A stretch of 64,000 bases of DNA from Lepidodermella squamata (Eukaryota; Animalia; Gastrotricha): assembly GCA_047495785.1 (NCBI GenBank), contig JBLDXI010000042.1:2790001-2854000 (forward strand), in the 5' to 3' direction. The notes under the pieces are model-generated. The model had not been told where the DNA came from. It saw nothing but the letters and a program-made list of their open reading frames with translations, and searched no databases. Shown here piece after piece: positions 52,788-64,000 of this stretch (position 1 is its first letter; every line of letters starts with the position of its first letter). The translations under genes were made by a program, and so were the position numbers.

Positions 52788-54377
52788 ATGAAGACATTCG
52801 TCGACGTTGTTTCGGCAACGGCTGTTGGTTTCCTCTTCATGGCGATTCTATACGGCGATCGAGCCAGCGTCTTTCTCCGGCCTTTCATGCCTTCTCCCGC
52901 CTTTATCAGCCTAAAGGGCGTTACAACGGGCCCGATTTTCGGCAAAGGCTTGGGCAAAGTTAACACTCGCGATTCGAAAGAACCCGACGGCGATATGCGC
53001 AACTCGTTATCGTGGATGCAGCTCGGCCGCCTCCCGCCCGGTTTCATTCAGAAGAAGAAGGACTGCGATCGATTGAAGACCGAACTGCGGTTGCCGATCA
53101 GCCAAGTTCGAAACTGCAAACGCTTCTGGAACCTGATGGCCGGCGTTGAAATGGCGGCGAATCTGTCGATGATGGCCTGTGTCGGTGTTACTAAGCAGCA
53201 GCGGTGGAACTGTTCGTCGTTGCTAGCGACGCCTCACGTTGGCAACGAGCTACGCAAGCCGACGAAGGAGCAGGCGTTCGTTCACGCGTTGTCTTCGGCC
53301 GCTCTCGTTTGGGTCATTTCGAAGTATTGCGCGAGTGGTCAAAGCGCGAACTGCTCTTGCGCTCCGCAGCAAGCCCCTGCCTCGGCTGAACCGCTCGACC
53401 ATGACAAGCAGTTCCAAGAACTTCAACGTCGCCAGAGGAACGTTGATCGTAAGTTTAACAATGATTTTTATGAGATGAATAGGTTGATATTATTGTGATT
53501 TTCCTAGATCAATTTCACCAGTCGGGTTGCAGTGAAGACATCTCGTTCGCGGCCAATTTCGCTCAGCGATGGACCGATTTAATCGCGCCTGGTAACCGTG
53601 CGAAACGCCTCGTTCGCGGCGAAGAAGAACTCGTCAAAATGCACAACAACGCCGTTGGTCGAGAGGTAAATTATTAACTTTTTTCATATCTTCAATTTTT
53701 TGATAATCCTCCTTGAATTAAAATTTTTCCTGTCAATTTGAAATTATTCTGTCGATTTAAAAATTTAAAAATTTCAATTTCATTTTTCAATTTTAAAATT
53801 TTAAATTAAAAATTAATGGAAATCATTTGAAAATATTTATGTGGAAGTATCATTTGATTCATTTGATTTACCTTTTTTTTTACCTTTTTTCAAGGTTGCC
53901 CAAGCGCTTTACAAGCACAATTGCAAGTGTCACGGCATGTCGGCTTCGTGTGCGACTCAAACGTGCTGGTACTCGCTGCCGAACTCGTTCACGCCACTCG
54001 CCGAGCGTATCAAGGACATGTGGATCAACGAAGCGCAGTACTTGCCTCAGATCATCCAACTACCGTCCGCGGCGGCACTCGCAGCCGGCGAAGCGCCGTC
54101 TCTCGCGAATTTCCGGAAACTCGTCTTCAACCAAGCCTCGCCCGACTACTGCGCCTACAACCCGTCCGCTGGTACCACCGGCACCCACGGCCGGCAATGC
54201 CACGTCGATCACGCGAACCGTAACGCGTCTCACTGCGACAATTTGTGCTGCGGTCGCGGTTACAACGAAATTCTCGAGCATACGCTGGAGCCGTGCAACT
54301 GCAAGATGGCGTGTTGTTGGAAGGTCGAGTGTTCCGGCAACTGCCGGCGGACAACTTCGAAATATTATTGCCGTTGA
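52788..54377 (+). CDS. Wnt ligand, most similar to Wnt11 by recalled motifs, 3 exons (~52788-53449, 53508-53665, 53896-54377)
   Basis: QQRWNCSS, TKEQAFVHALSSAA, CASG...CSC, GCSED, HNNAVGR, CKCHGMSASCATQTCW, SPDYC, GTHGRQC, CCGRGY, Cys-rich C-terminus. The subfamily call is tentative. Confidence 0.92.
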
Positions 54378-57300
54378 TCAACAAATTCACATGTCTTTGT
54401 TTTTTATACCTACGCACACTTCATCGCACTGAGTCACGACATTCCGAGCTGAGAAATCTCTGCTGTTTTGTATAATCATTCATTTCTCATCGCTGTTGTT
54501 TATTAACTGATGATATTCTATATTTATTTCGCTAGATGATGAGAACTGCGAAAATTCATTATTATTCCCGGATTTTATCAATTGTAAATAATTCTACGCA
54601 ATGTATAATTTTTTAATTTTAGTGTCCGTAGAACGAAACGGGTAACAAAAAATGCCGTCATTGTTGTAAATAGGCGTCTCAGTTATAGCCTTCAAATGAA
54701 ATGAAAAATTTCAAAAAAATTGAAAATAAACTTGAACGTGATATTTCTGGGTTTTTATTTTATGCTTGATGAGTGATTAAGCCTGGTAAAATGTATCCAT
54801 TGTGATAGGGCGTTACTTTCAAGGGTCACTACTTCACGGTCGACTGCTCAGCAATGTTTACCGGGTCGCGCAAACACAAAAAAAGGCGTATTATATTGTA
54901 GGAAAAAAAATCGCAAATACAAGGCGCGAAAATAAAACGCAAACTTTTGTTACACTCAAGTGCTTGCGCGTTTTTTTTCCGCTTAACAAACTTATCGGAG
55001 GTCTGCTCACTTTTTATTGTTTTATTTGCCCACAGGCGGTATAATACACGCGTGTGGCATTTTTTTCTTCCTAGTATGATGATGACAAGGTGAGAGAGAA
55101 TGTGCGCGCATCTCCACCTAGGTGACACACAAAAAGGTATTACTGCTTGCGTAAATAATATAATGATACCTGCCTTGTATCATCATGCTACGTTGCCGAG
55201 AAACTGTCGAGGGATAGGTACCGCTCTTCTGATGTAACAGCCACGTTTATTTTTTTCTCATTTACTCGTACTTACTTGTTCGGCTAACACGTACGTACGC
55301 CTGTTTTTGTTGTTTTTGTTAGCGCGATGCTAATGCATGACAGCATCAGGTTTTGCAGGTGTACACTGACCACCGGTGCGTTTCTCTCGCCGCGCCTGTT
55401 AACGCCGCAAACACCTTGCCCTTTTTCTGTTTGAATTAATTATTTTTATTACCTCCGCACATTCCCTCGAGATGACAGCCGATGGGCTCGAGTGAAAACA
55501 AGACAACACAGGTGTTGATAGAAAAAAAATCGCAGGCTAATAATCACGTAAGGTGGGTCTTTTTATATAAGTCACTTTGCGTGTTGTTTTTCGTCACCTT
55601 TATATCACTGTCATTATGGCGACTCGCAGTCACACCGGGCCGAAATTTTATTATAGGATTGATAAAGAATTAAAATTTATCGAATCGCCCAATCGACAGT
55701 CAAGACAATCCACTGTCACTATCGTATCCAGGAAAAAGAAATCCAGGTAAGCCACCTTAATTATAATTTTATAAAAAAAGCGAAAATTGAGTTGAAATTC
55801 CACCGGTTTTAAAAAGTCCTGAATATCAGTAAGGAAAAGCAGTGTTTTCGCTAGTTCCGACCCGATGGACGAAAGTGGACTGAGTGTAACGGAGCCGCGC
55901 TATGATAGTTGACTCGAAACCGGCATTTTAGCACGACAAGTTACGGCCTAATAATAATAGGCAACCTCGGCCCCGAGACTGTCCTCTAGTTGGTTATTAT
56001 TTATTGTTTCGCAGTGGTTGCGCGCTATCCGGCTTCGCGACTACGCCCGCGTCCGGTGTTGTTATTATTTAAACCAAAAGTATTTATAGCAACGGGCTAC
56101 TATCCAACTATACGCTGGCAAGTGTAGTTTCCCGACTCGACGAGCGCTAATGATGAGTATCATATACGGCCACACATGTAAGATAGCAGCCTACCTAATA
56201 CACACGGGTATTTCCCTCTCAAGTATATCAATAACAAGCTCGGACGATGGACTGATGGCAAATCGTAATTATTATGAGCAAGAGGGAGGGGTCCTTGAAA
56301 AATACAACCGCGTAAACTTGCGACCCAAAAGGGTGCGCCAGCGCTTGTTTTTTTCGGATGAGCAATTTTTTATTGCGCGCATTTCAATTTTTTCTACAGC
56401 CCAGCTTAATTATAACTAAACAATTTCCTTGTAGACATATACTTTTATTATTACAACCTCTGTCACGAGGTAGTGAAATAATTTCGGCTTTTATGCTTTT
56501 GAAAAAATGTCTTTTCCAGATTAACTTCGTTGAAATGAGACGAGACGAGAATTATATGTTGTCGCGCGCGCACTTTCGTCTCGTTTTTGCGGCAGTAAAT
56601 AGCTGTTTTACCAACTTTATTATTATCATCACCGTAAAAATTATTTTAAGGGGGTCACGCGATGTTCCGTTATAATCAAGCTTGTAATTTTATATTATGA
56701 AACAGCTAAAAAATATATATACATACGTGGTGGTGGATTTATGCTTCTCGCCATTATATGGCAATAAATATATACTTTTGGTGTAATATCAAGTTCGCGC
56801 GAGCGATAAATAAAAACAATTAGATTTTCGCGTAATTTAGTGTCTTACCTTGACAACGCGCGTTGATACTACCCAGGTGTACAAAGCTTAAAATAAGGCT
56901 CACGAGTTTCAGCTGTTTTAATGACCAAGTGATAACGCGCTTTATCAAGATTTTTCAAGCTAATAACACATCATCTTGATTGTTTTCTTATTTTTTCCTC
57001 TGTCGAGCTTCTTGTATAGGATACGCCGCTATATGGTGTTGACTTATACATTTGACGTTACGAAGAACGAAGCACGTAGATTTTCTTTACACGGAAAACA
57101 AAAATTTGAAAATGTTGAGAAGTCGTTATTTCTTTTTAGATTTTACCCTTTGAATTTATTTCCAACCTAGTAATTGAAATTTTAAATTTTGTCGAAAATT
57201 TAGAATTTTTTCAAATTTTCATCACAAAAAGATCAGTAATTTTATTTACTTATCTTTTCACTTTTCAAATTTTGTATAATTTCTTTAATAAAAATTATCA

Positions 57301-58534
57301 AAGTTTTTTTCAATTTTCTGTCTTTCACTTTGATTTGCGGTCATTTCTCGCTTTTTATTCTTTTTTTTCTATACGAAGTTCGAGTTTTTTCTCACTGTAA
57401 GGTTGACAAGTGCGGCATTGTAAGGCTGATATGAGTATGATACACTCTGTAAATTAAATCTCGATCCATCATCATAGAGCAGTGCCAACAAGGCGGCTAA
57501 ACTCACGTCTCACTTGCACGCGAAATTCGTGCCAAGAAAAACACGGCTCTATTAGCATAGATAGGCAGGCGACAGATAAACTGCATATGCATATACGTAT
57601 CGGCGTATCTAAATAACACACGCGCACAATTTTTTTGTTAACCCTCCACCTTAAAACACATCGTGTCGCCTGTTGATTTAACAACGCGATATACAAGCGC
57701 GCGCGAGCGAGAAAAAACTCGTATCAATATTATCATTACAATTTCGTTCATGAGAAGGATCAACAAGGGCTTTAACGTGCATTTTTCTTGTCTTGTTAAC
57801 AACATAATGCTACACATCATATACCTAAACATGTAGCCGTGGCGATCATCTTCAAACACATCGCTTATATATGATATATCATAGGTGCGAATGTTGCAAA
57901 CAATAAATACTAGTTAAAGTGCTGCCCATTTTTGATATATTATGTAATACACGGCTCAAAATTGTTATGTACTTCAAGTGGATAGCTGTTGAAGCAGGCG
58001 ACGCGAAAAAAATCCCGCCTTTTAACAACTTATTATTATGTACACAGAGGGCCGCGTAGTAATTGTTAATGCGAATTTTTATTACTCGCCCAGAGAGATT
58101 ATATAATATCTACCTTTTACCTGATGATATTCTATCCACGCCGTTTCGTCGCCCCTTATAATATCAAAGGCGTTATACCAGGCGTGACGTTATATTATAA
58201 TTGTTTTTTACAACGAGCCTTTAATGGTATAAATGACGAAATAACGTGGCGCCGTACTAAAGCCACCACTCATCTCTCATCTTGTCGCGAGTTTAAGATC
58301 ATATAATATTATTACTCGTAGTTGCCGCGGTAAAAAAGTTTCTTGGTGCGTTCAAGCTAAAAAAGCCACCTTAAAAAAAAGTTGCGGTTTTTTTTATTCA
58401 ATTGATTCAACACCCTGTTTTGTTCACCCAGGATCATGTAATTATTATATTATTAACGGAGAAAATGTATCATCTCACCCATGTTCGAGGTGATGTAACG
58501 ACTTGAGTAGCTATTAAATTCAAATTAAAAAACT

Positions 58535-61500
58535 ATGGCTGAGCCTGCGGTGAATCATCCTCATCAAGGTGATTCAGTGCCACCACCACAACCGCAACAA
58601 ACGACGGAGCCTAATAATAATGTAAATATCATTCAGCCTTCATCCGAGCCAACTAACTCATCGCGCCTTATTCGATCCTACCCGGTTGGGACGACGCGTA
58701 AAAAACAGTCGACGTCTATTATTGACACGTTATTTCGCGGCTGCTGCGCGTCCAAGTCGGGTCGTTCGCGCAGTTTTATGATCGTTGCCGAAGAGCCGGC
58801 TGCTGGCATGTCGGGGCAACCTTCGACCACGAATTCAACCGCCGCGAATGTTCTAGTTAATACGACTGAAAATAATGGTGCTAATGATTTATCGGCGAAT
58901 AGACACGGCGGTTCCAACTTGATACTGACCGAACAGGACGGCCAGGCGGTGATAGCCGATCAACGCCAATTAGCTACTGGGCGAAAATTACAGCCGAAAA
59001 CGAATGGCATCCTTAAGACAACTTCGGCGTTCCAGAAAAATCCTAATCGACACTCGCGCGGGTCCTTGTACTATAACAGCCGATTAAATACGACTACGGC
59101 AGCGACAGGCCAGTCAGTGAGGGTCGAGTCGAATAGCTTCGAAGCTAATACCGTACCGAGGCTTATTCGTAATAGATCAAGGTTCGAAATATCGTCGTAT
59201 TCATACTACTGCGGCTCCGTTGCACCATTTAAGATTTATTTTTTTGCCCTGGATTTATTGTCCACCTTAAAAAAATTAAATTAAATTATTTGTAATTTAT
59301 CCAAAATAACTTTGACCCATTTTTCCAGAATTTTGAATTTTCTTGATTTAATTTAATTTAATTTATTAATTATTAATTTATTTTATTTTATTTTGAAATT
59401 TAGTTTTTCAAATTTTCAATCTAAATTCAAAATTTTAAATTCAAAATTCTTTGCTTTGACCTAAATATAAATTCATTTTTGCCTGATTTTTCAGGTCGAC
59501 TGAACGGCTAGGGGTATCAGCAACAAATCAAACCCGTCAAGTTTCGGCCACACTTCAACGAGTGCCGTCACCCTCGTGTGAACAAATTCCAATAGTTGTC
59601 GCAGGCAACGCGCAGCAAGTTCCCGGTTCCGCTATTAAAACGCTGCCCGCGCGCCTCAGCACCACCCGCCAGTCGATCCGCTCGACCGCCTCGAAGCAAG
59701 TACTACGCCCGGTTGAAGTTCACGAAATCGACACAACCCCGCCCAGCCTCGACCCTCGCGTTATTACTGGCACGCGGCGGAGAAGTGACGATATGGCGTA
59801 CTCGTATCGGCATAATGTCGACTATTCAACCAGCAGTTACTACCAACAACGGTCGGGTAGAAGCAGGTCACGTGACCGGTTAAACTGCCAAGACCCGCCG
59901 CCGCCGCCTATTACAGCTTCGGCCACCGTTTCAGGCGTTATGCGGAACAGCAGCAGTAGTAATCTCCAGCGAAGTCGTAGTGTCCACTATGGCCGCACTT
60001 CATCTCGGTCACCGACTCGCTGCTACGACCAAGGCCCAGTCGGCGCCACCTTAACAGCCGCGAATCCAACCGCGGTGACTATTACCGCGAATTCGGCGAG
60101 AAGCGGCAGTCGTACGTTAGATAGACAAGTCAGACACCGCTCGCCGAGCTGGGACCCTCAGCCTGACGGCGCGAGGATCCAAGTTGGAGGCGGATCCAGG
60201 TCAGGCTCGAAAACAGGCCCGAGAAACGTGTCTGGAACTGCGAAAATGTTGACGTATTCGCACATTCCGGCGTGTAATATCCCGCATCATAATACTGGCG
60301 AGACAATCGGTACTGCCGGACGGGGTCGATCACCTGGTGCTGGCAGGGTGTCCTATCAGGTAAGCATTTTTTCAATAATCCGCCTTAATTTTATATTAAA
60401 TTAAAAATTAAAGTAAATCAAATTAAATTTATTAGAATTTTTAAATTTATGAAATTTTCGATTTTCATTTTTTAGGCCCCACCTCTTACGCCTCAACGAG
60501 TCGATGATCGTCAAGTACCTGCCATACCTGTTGGTAGTAAGATCGACGTTAGAATGCGCAGTAACGGAGTCTCAGAGCCGGTTCCACCTAAACGAACTTC
60601 ATCAGTCCGTTACACCTACGAGACCGAGTTCGAAGATAGCTGTGACAACTGCGAGGAATGCAACTACTACCGGCAGAAAGAGTTGCAAAAACAGCAGAAA
60701 AAACAGCAGCAGCAAATCGAATATCAGAAACCGGCGAGAAAAAGCCGACATGAGCAGTACGTATCCACGTCGAATATTTCGGTTTCAAGCTCGAGACAGC
60801 ACCAGAGCCAAAGTTACCAGCCTAGCAGTAGCTATCAATCGAACCAGCAATTCGGCGCGACCCGAGTTCAAGTCGGTGATATGGGCGATAATTATCGTGG
60901 AAATTACAGGCCGCCAGTCGCGCAACCGGTACCTGTGCAATTTAACAACTGCGAAGATCAGACGCCGATGCGTGGCAAAACTGTTGTTGTCACGAAGCAG
61001 GTGACGAATAACAAACGAGTGTTAGAGGCTCTTGCATCGAGCCGGCGAAAACTCGACCAGTTAGACGATGATTTGGACGCGGCTTTGAAGCGGCTTCAAG
61101 ACCGTAATAACAGACTCGACGCGCCCCCGCCGCCGGTTCGACAACGGCCGGATAATCCGAAATTTGCGCCAACCCAGGCCAGGACGCCACCGACTAGCCG
61201 GAAAACCCCGGCCGCTTTTGTACCGATTGCGACTGAGTATCCGATTTTTACGGAGCCTGTCAACCAGCGGCGAGCGCCGGGTAATAACGAGTCGGTACCT
61301 CGAGGCCAATCGCGGCCGTCCAACGCCCCACCTGCTGGCTACAATCCAAGCAGCTTACCGATGGGTAGCAACATCGTCTTGATTACAATAGCTGACGACG
61401 GTCATGGTAATTTAAAAAAATTAAAATTAATTACAGTACCGTAAAACGTAAAAGCTCTAATTTCTGGACAACAATATGTTTATCGGGTCTAGAAAATCAG

Positions 61501-62944
61501 GAAAAATTTATAAAATTGTGAAATTTCTAGGGCATAAGGGGTTACTAATTTCCAAGTACTGTGAAAATTTTGGGAATTTTTACATTCAAGCCTGATTTTA
61601 TAGAAATTGTTGAATGAATGGATAAATTTAGACACAAAACGTGCGCACCTCATTAGCATATGCACAGTTTTATTAATGCGCGCATGAAATTATTGCGCAC
61701 TAACATTTTTTCGCTCAACGCATTTATAAGGTTCAAAAATAGGAGCAAATCAGTTGCGAAACTTATGGAATTAAATGTTATTTACCTGATTCAAATTAAT
61801 AATTTTTCAGAGGAACGGTTTGAAGAGAACGAGCAAATAATTTATAGCCGATCGCCCCCGGTTCGCGAGGTCATGGTGCGTCAGCCTCCTCGCCGCGTTG
61901 AAGTTTGCCCGCCGCGGCCTCCGCCGAAACCCGACACCCCGCCCGTCCGCGAAGAAGTCATTCCGTGCAACAGGCGGCCGAACGAAAGCGAAGGCCTACG
62001 CCAGCCTGACGACACCGAAATTCCAGTCACTCGACATCCCGACCAATTTGGTTAGAAATTAATTTTTATTGAAATTGAAATTTTATTTTTTATTTTTAGA
62101 TTTCACAGATAAAAATGTTGCTGTCGTATCGCCACACGGGCCCATCGGCAATATCTTTCATCAGCTGACGCATGGCAAACTGCCAGATTTCGTCAATCAA
62201 CGCTTCAACGTTGAGCACAGCGAGGAGGAAATTCACAACGACGACGTTGATTTGTGCCACGCCGATGGTACGAACATCGGCCGACTCGAGGACTTCCAAA
62301 ACCTCGACACCATCTACGAGCTTATCAACATGGGCATTGAAAACGCCCAGGCCAAGGTCTGCTTCAAGGTCACGTGCCAACGCATTGAACCAGTCAATCC
62401 ACGGGCTGGCATTTGGAAACGCAAATCGGTTACCGCAAGTCGCGTTCTTAACATCGATTTGAGCCAGAACAACGAATTACGACGTGTCCTTGAAGATGTA
62501 AAAAAATTCCAAAATTTTCTTAAATTATTTTTCAAAATTTTACAATTTTTTTAGATTCAATCGGCTCCTGGTGAAAGTGTGAGAATGATAATGTCCCACG
62601 ATGTTGATTCGTCGCAAAATGTGACAACCCGCGAGAAAAATCTCGACACCCCTACAACGGCCTGGGCCGTGGCTGAAATTCTCGGCAAAACTGTTGACCA
62701 ACAGGGCGGAAAGCCGATATCACCGCGGTCTGTAGAAGGCAACCCTATGAAATTCTTGAGCCCGTCGAAATTCGCCGAGGAAGTCTACAACACTGACATA
62801 TTAGGACAGAATGGCAAAGAATTAGCCGCTGTTCCGTTTTCGACCCGGCGCGGAGCTTCAGGTGGGCCTTTCAACAACAACCGGCCATGGACAACTCAGC
62901 CTCCCCCTGCCTATCGACCAGCTGGAGTGCCAGCGAGAAATTAA
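58535..62944 (+). CDS. Large multi-exon, mostly disordered Ser/Pro/Arg-rich protein of unknown function with a folded-looking C-terminal region
   Basis: Collinear long + strand ORFs (58535, 59562, 60554, ~61811, ~62100, ~62556) separated by AT-rich GT-AG introns; no family recognised. Confidence 0.65.
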
Positions 62945-63367
62945 TTCATCTTCTCCTTTTATATCAAAAATCACAATATTTAATTGCTTAGATTTTTTGG
63001 CGATTATATATAAATTGTCTCCAATTTTTTTTGGCTTTTCTCAAGAGTTTCATCTCTCCTCATAATTCTGAGAGAAATAAGATGCATGATGCTTTGAAAA
63101 TCTCAATTTTTTGTAAAGCTTTAAAATCCAATTTTTCTGAATATTTTTTTTTGCATATTAATTATCATAATTAACCTTTCTCGCTATTCTTTATTGATCC
63201 CAATTTTAGTCCTCAAAATATTATATTATTTGAAGATCTTCTGTATTTATACTTCCGCATAATACTTTGTTTTATTCAAAACTGCGTTGATTTCGCTGCG
63301 AACCGCGACAAGGATAAGAGAGATAAAAATAAAAAGGAGTTGCGTTAATATTTTTTACCAGCTGATT

Positions 63368-64000
63368 TTATGACGATGCGATTGTTGACGGAGTGATAGC
63401 TCTCTCAACGAGATTTCCTGACCCACTTTGATGAACCTGGAAGAGAAACGATTAAGTAAAAATTGAAGCTCAACAAACTGAAATTATACTTGTAATAGCT
63501 GTAAGGTGAGATTGATTAGGCTCATGGCGATTACTACACAGCTGATAGCTACGTGAACATTCGCGAAACTCGAATCGAGAGCAAGAGCCAGGACAACTGC
63601 CGCCCCGATAAGTATAAATTGAGCGTAAACGGCTGTCCTCAGCAGAGCAATCTCGGGAAACGAAGTTTTCGTTGCCTATTAAACAAAGAAAAAATAATAG
63701 TTCTAGAATTGCGAAGTTTCTGTGATAAGAACTCACTGATCTCAGAGCTATGGAAAGGAAGATCAGTCTACCTAGAAGTAGGCCAATCCAAGCGATTGAT
63801 GCTCCAAGGAGACCTAGCGAGACTTCGGATGATGGCATGTGACAAGCGAACCAAACTTGGCGAATGTTAGTGCTGACTTCAGTTGGGGACGGAAAAAGGT
63901 CCCCATAAACTCTCTCAACTTTCAAGCCATCAATGGATAGCCAGAGAACAAAGAGGATTACCAGAACCACAACCCATACTAAGCCAGCTGTTGCGTATTT
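63368..64000 (-). CDS. 3' end of a divergent class-C (GABA-B-like) 7TM receptor; continues beyond the window
   Basis: VILFVLWLSIDGL...C...LGLLGASIAWIGLLLGRLIFLSIALRS| matches the GABA-B TM4-ECL2-TM5 pattern (W..vDPL...C...KGLLL..G.FLA). The next exon, after splicing, gives two more hydrophobic helices. The last exon phase is uncertain. Confidence 0.5.

Noticed and set aside
50000-58500. Numerous short ORFs outside the Wnt exons
   Set aside because: No recognisable motifs or consistent splice structure, and the composition is typical of non-coding DNA.

Overview
Eukaryotic (invertebrate animal) genomic DNA, gene-dense, with many short (~45-60 nt) GT-AG introns; nothing looks prokaryotic. Host genes in order: 3' part of a KIF1A/unc-104 kinesin-3, a GTSF1/Asterix-like CHHC zinc-finger gene, an ECI1-like enoyl-CoA isomerase, two tandem RDH11/12-type SDRs, a NEK-like kinase-ankyrin gene, a decayed ebony/NRPS-like adenylation domain, a plectin-repeat protein, synaptobrevin/VAMP, two tandem Cdc42-family genes, a CTR1 copper transporter, a Wnt (most like Wnt11), a large unknown protein and the 3' end of a class-C-like GPCR. 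Two things stand out. (1) The synaptobrevin gene has two consecutive pairs of duplicated, equal-length, apparently mutually exclusive exons (2 x 80 nt for the C-terminal SNARE half, 2 x 52 nt for the transmembrane helix), giving up to four v-SNARE isoforms. (2) An apparently intact ~8 kb CACTA/EnSpm transposon (8356-16321) encodes a spliced ~1045-aa transposase and a BEN-like second gene. It carries a 1.1-kb near-perfect foldback element (8-bp TSD, P-like ends) in transposase intron 1, plus a 51-bp excision-footprint-like remnant of the same family just upstream. Several host enzymes appear to have lost catalytic residues (ECI1 Glu, SDR Tyr). All gene models and motif alignments were read by eye; no database searches were run.
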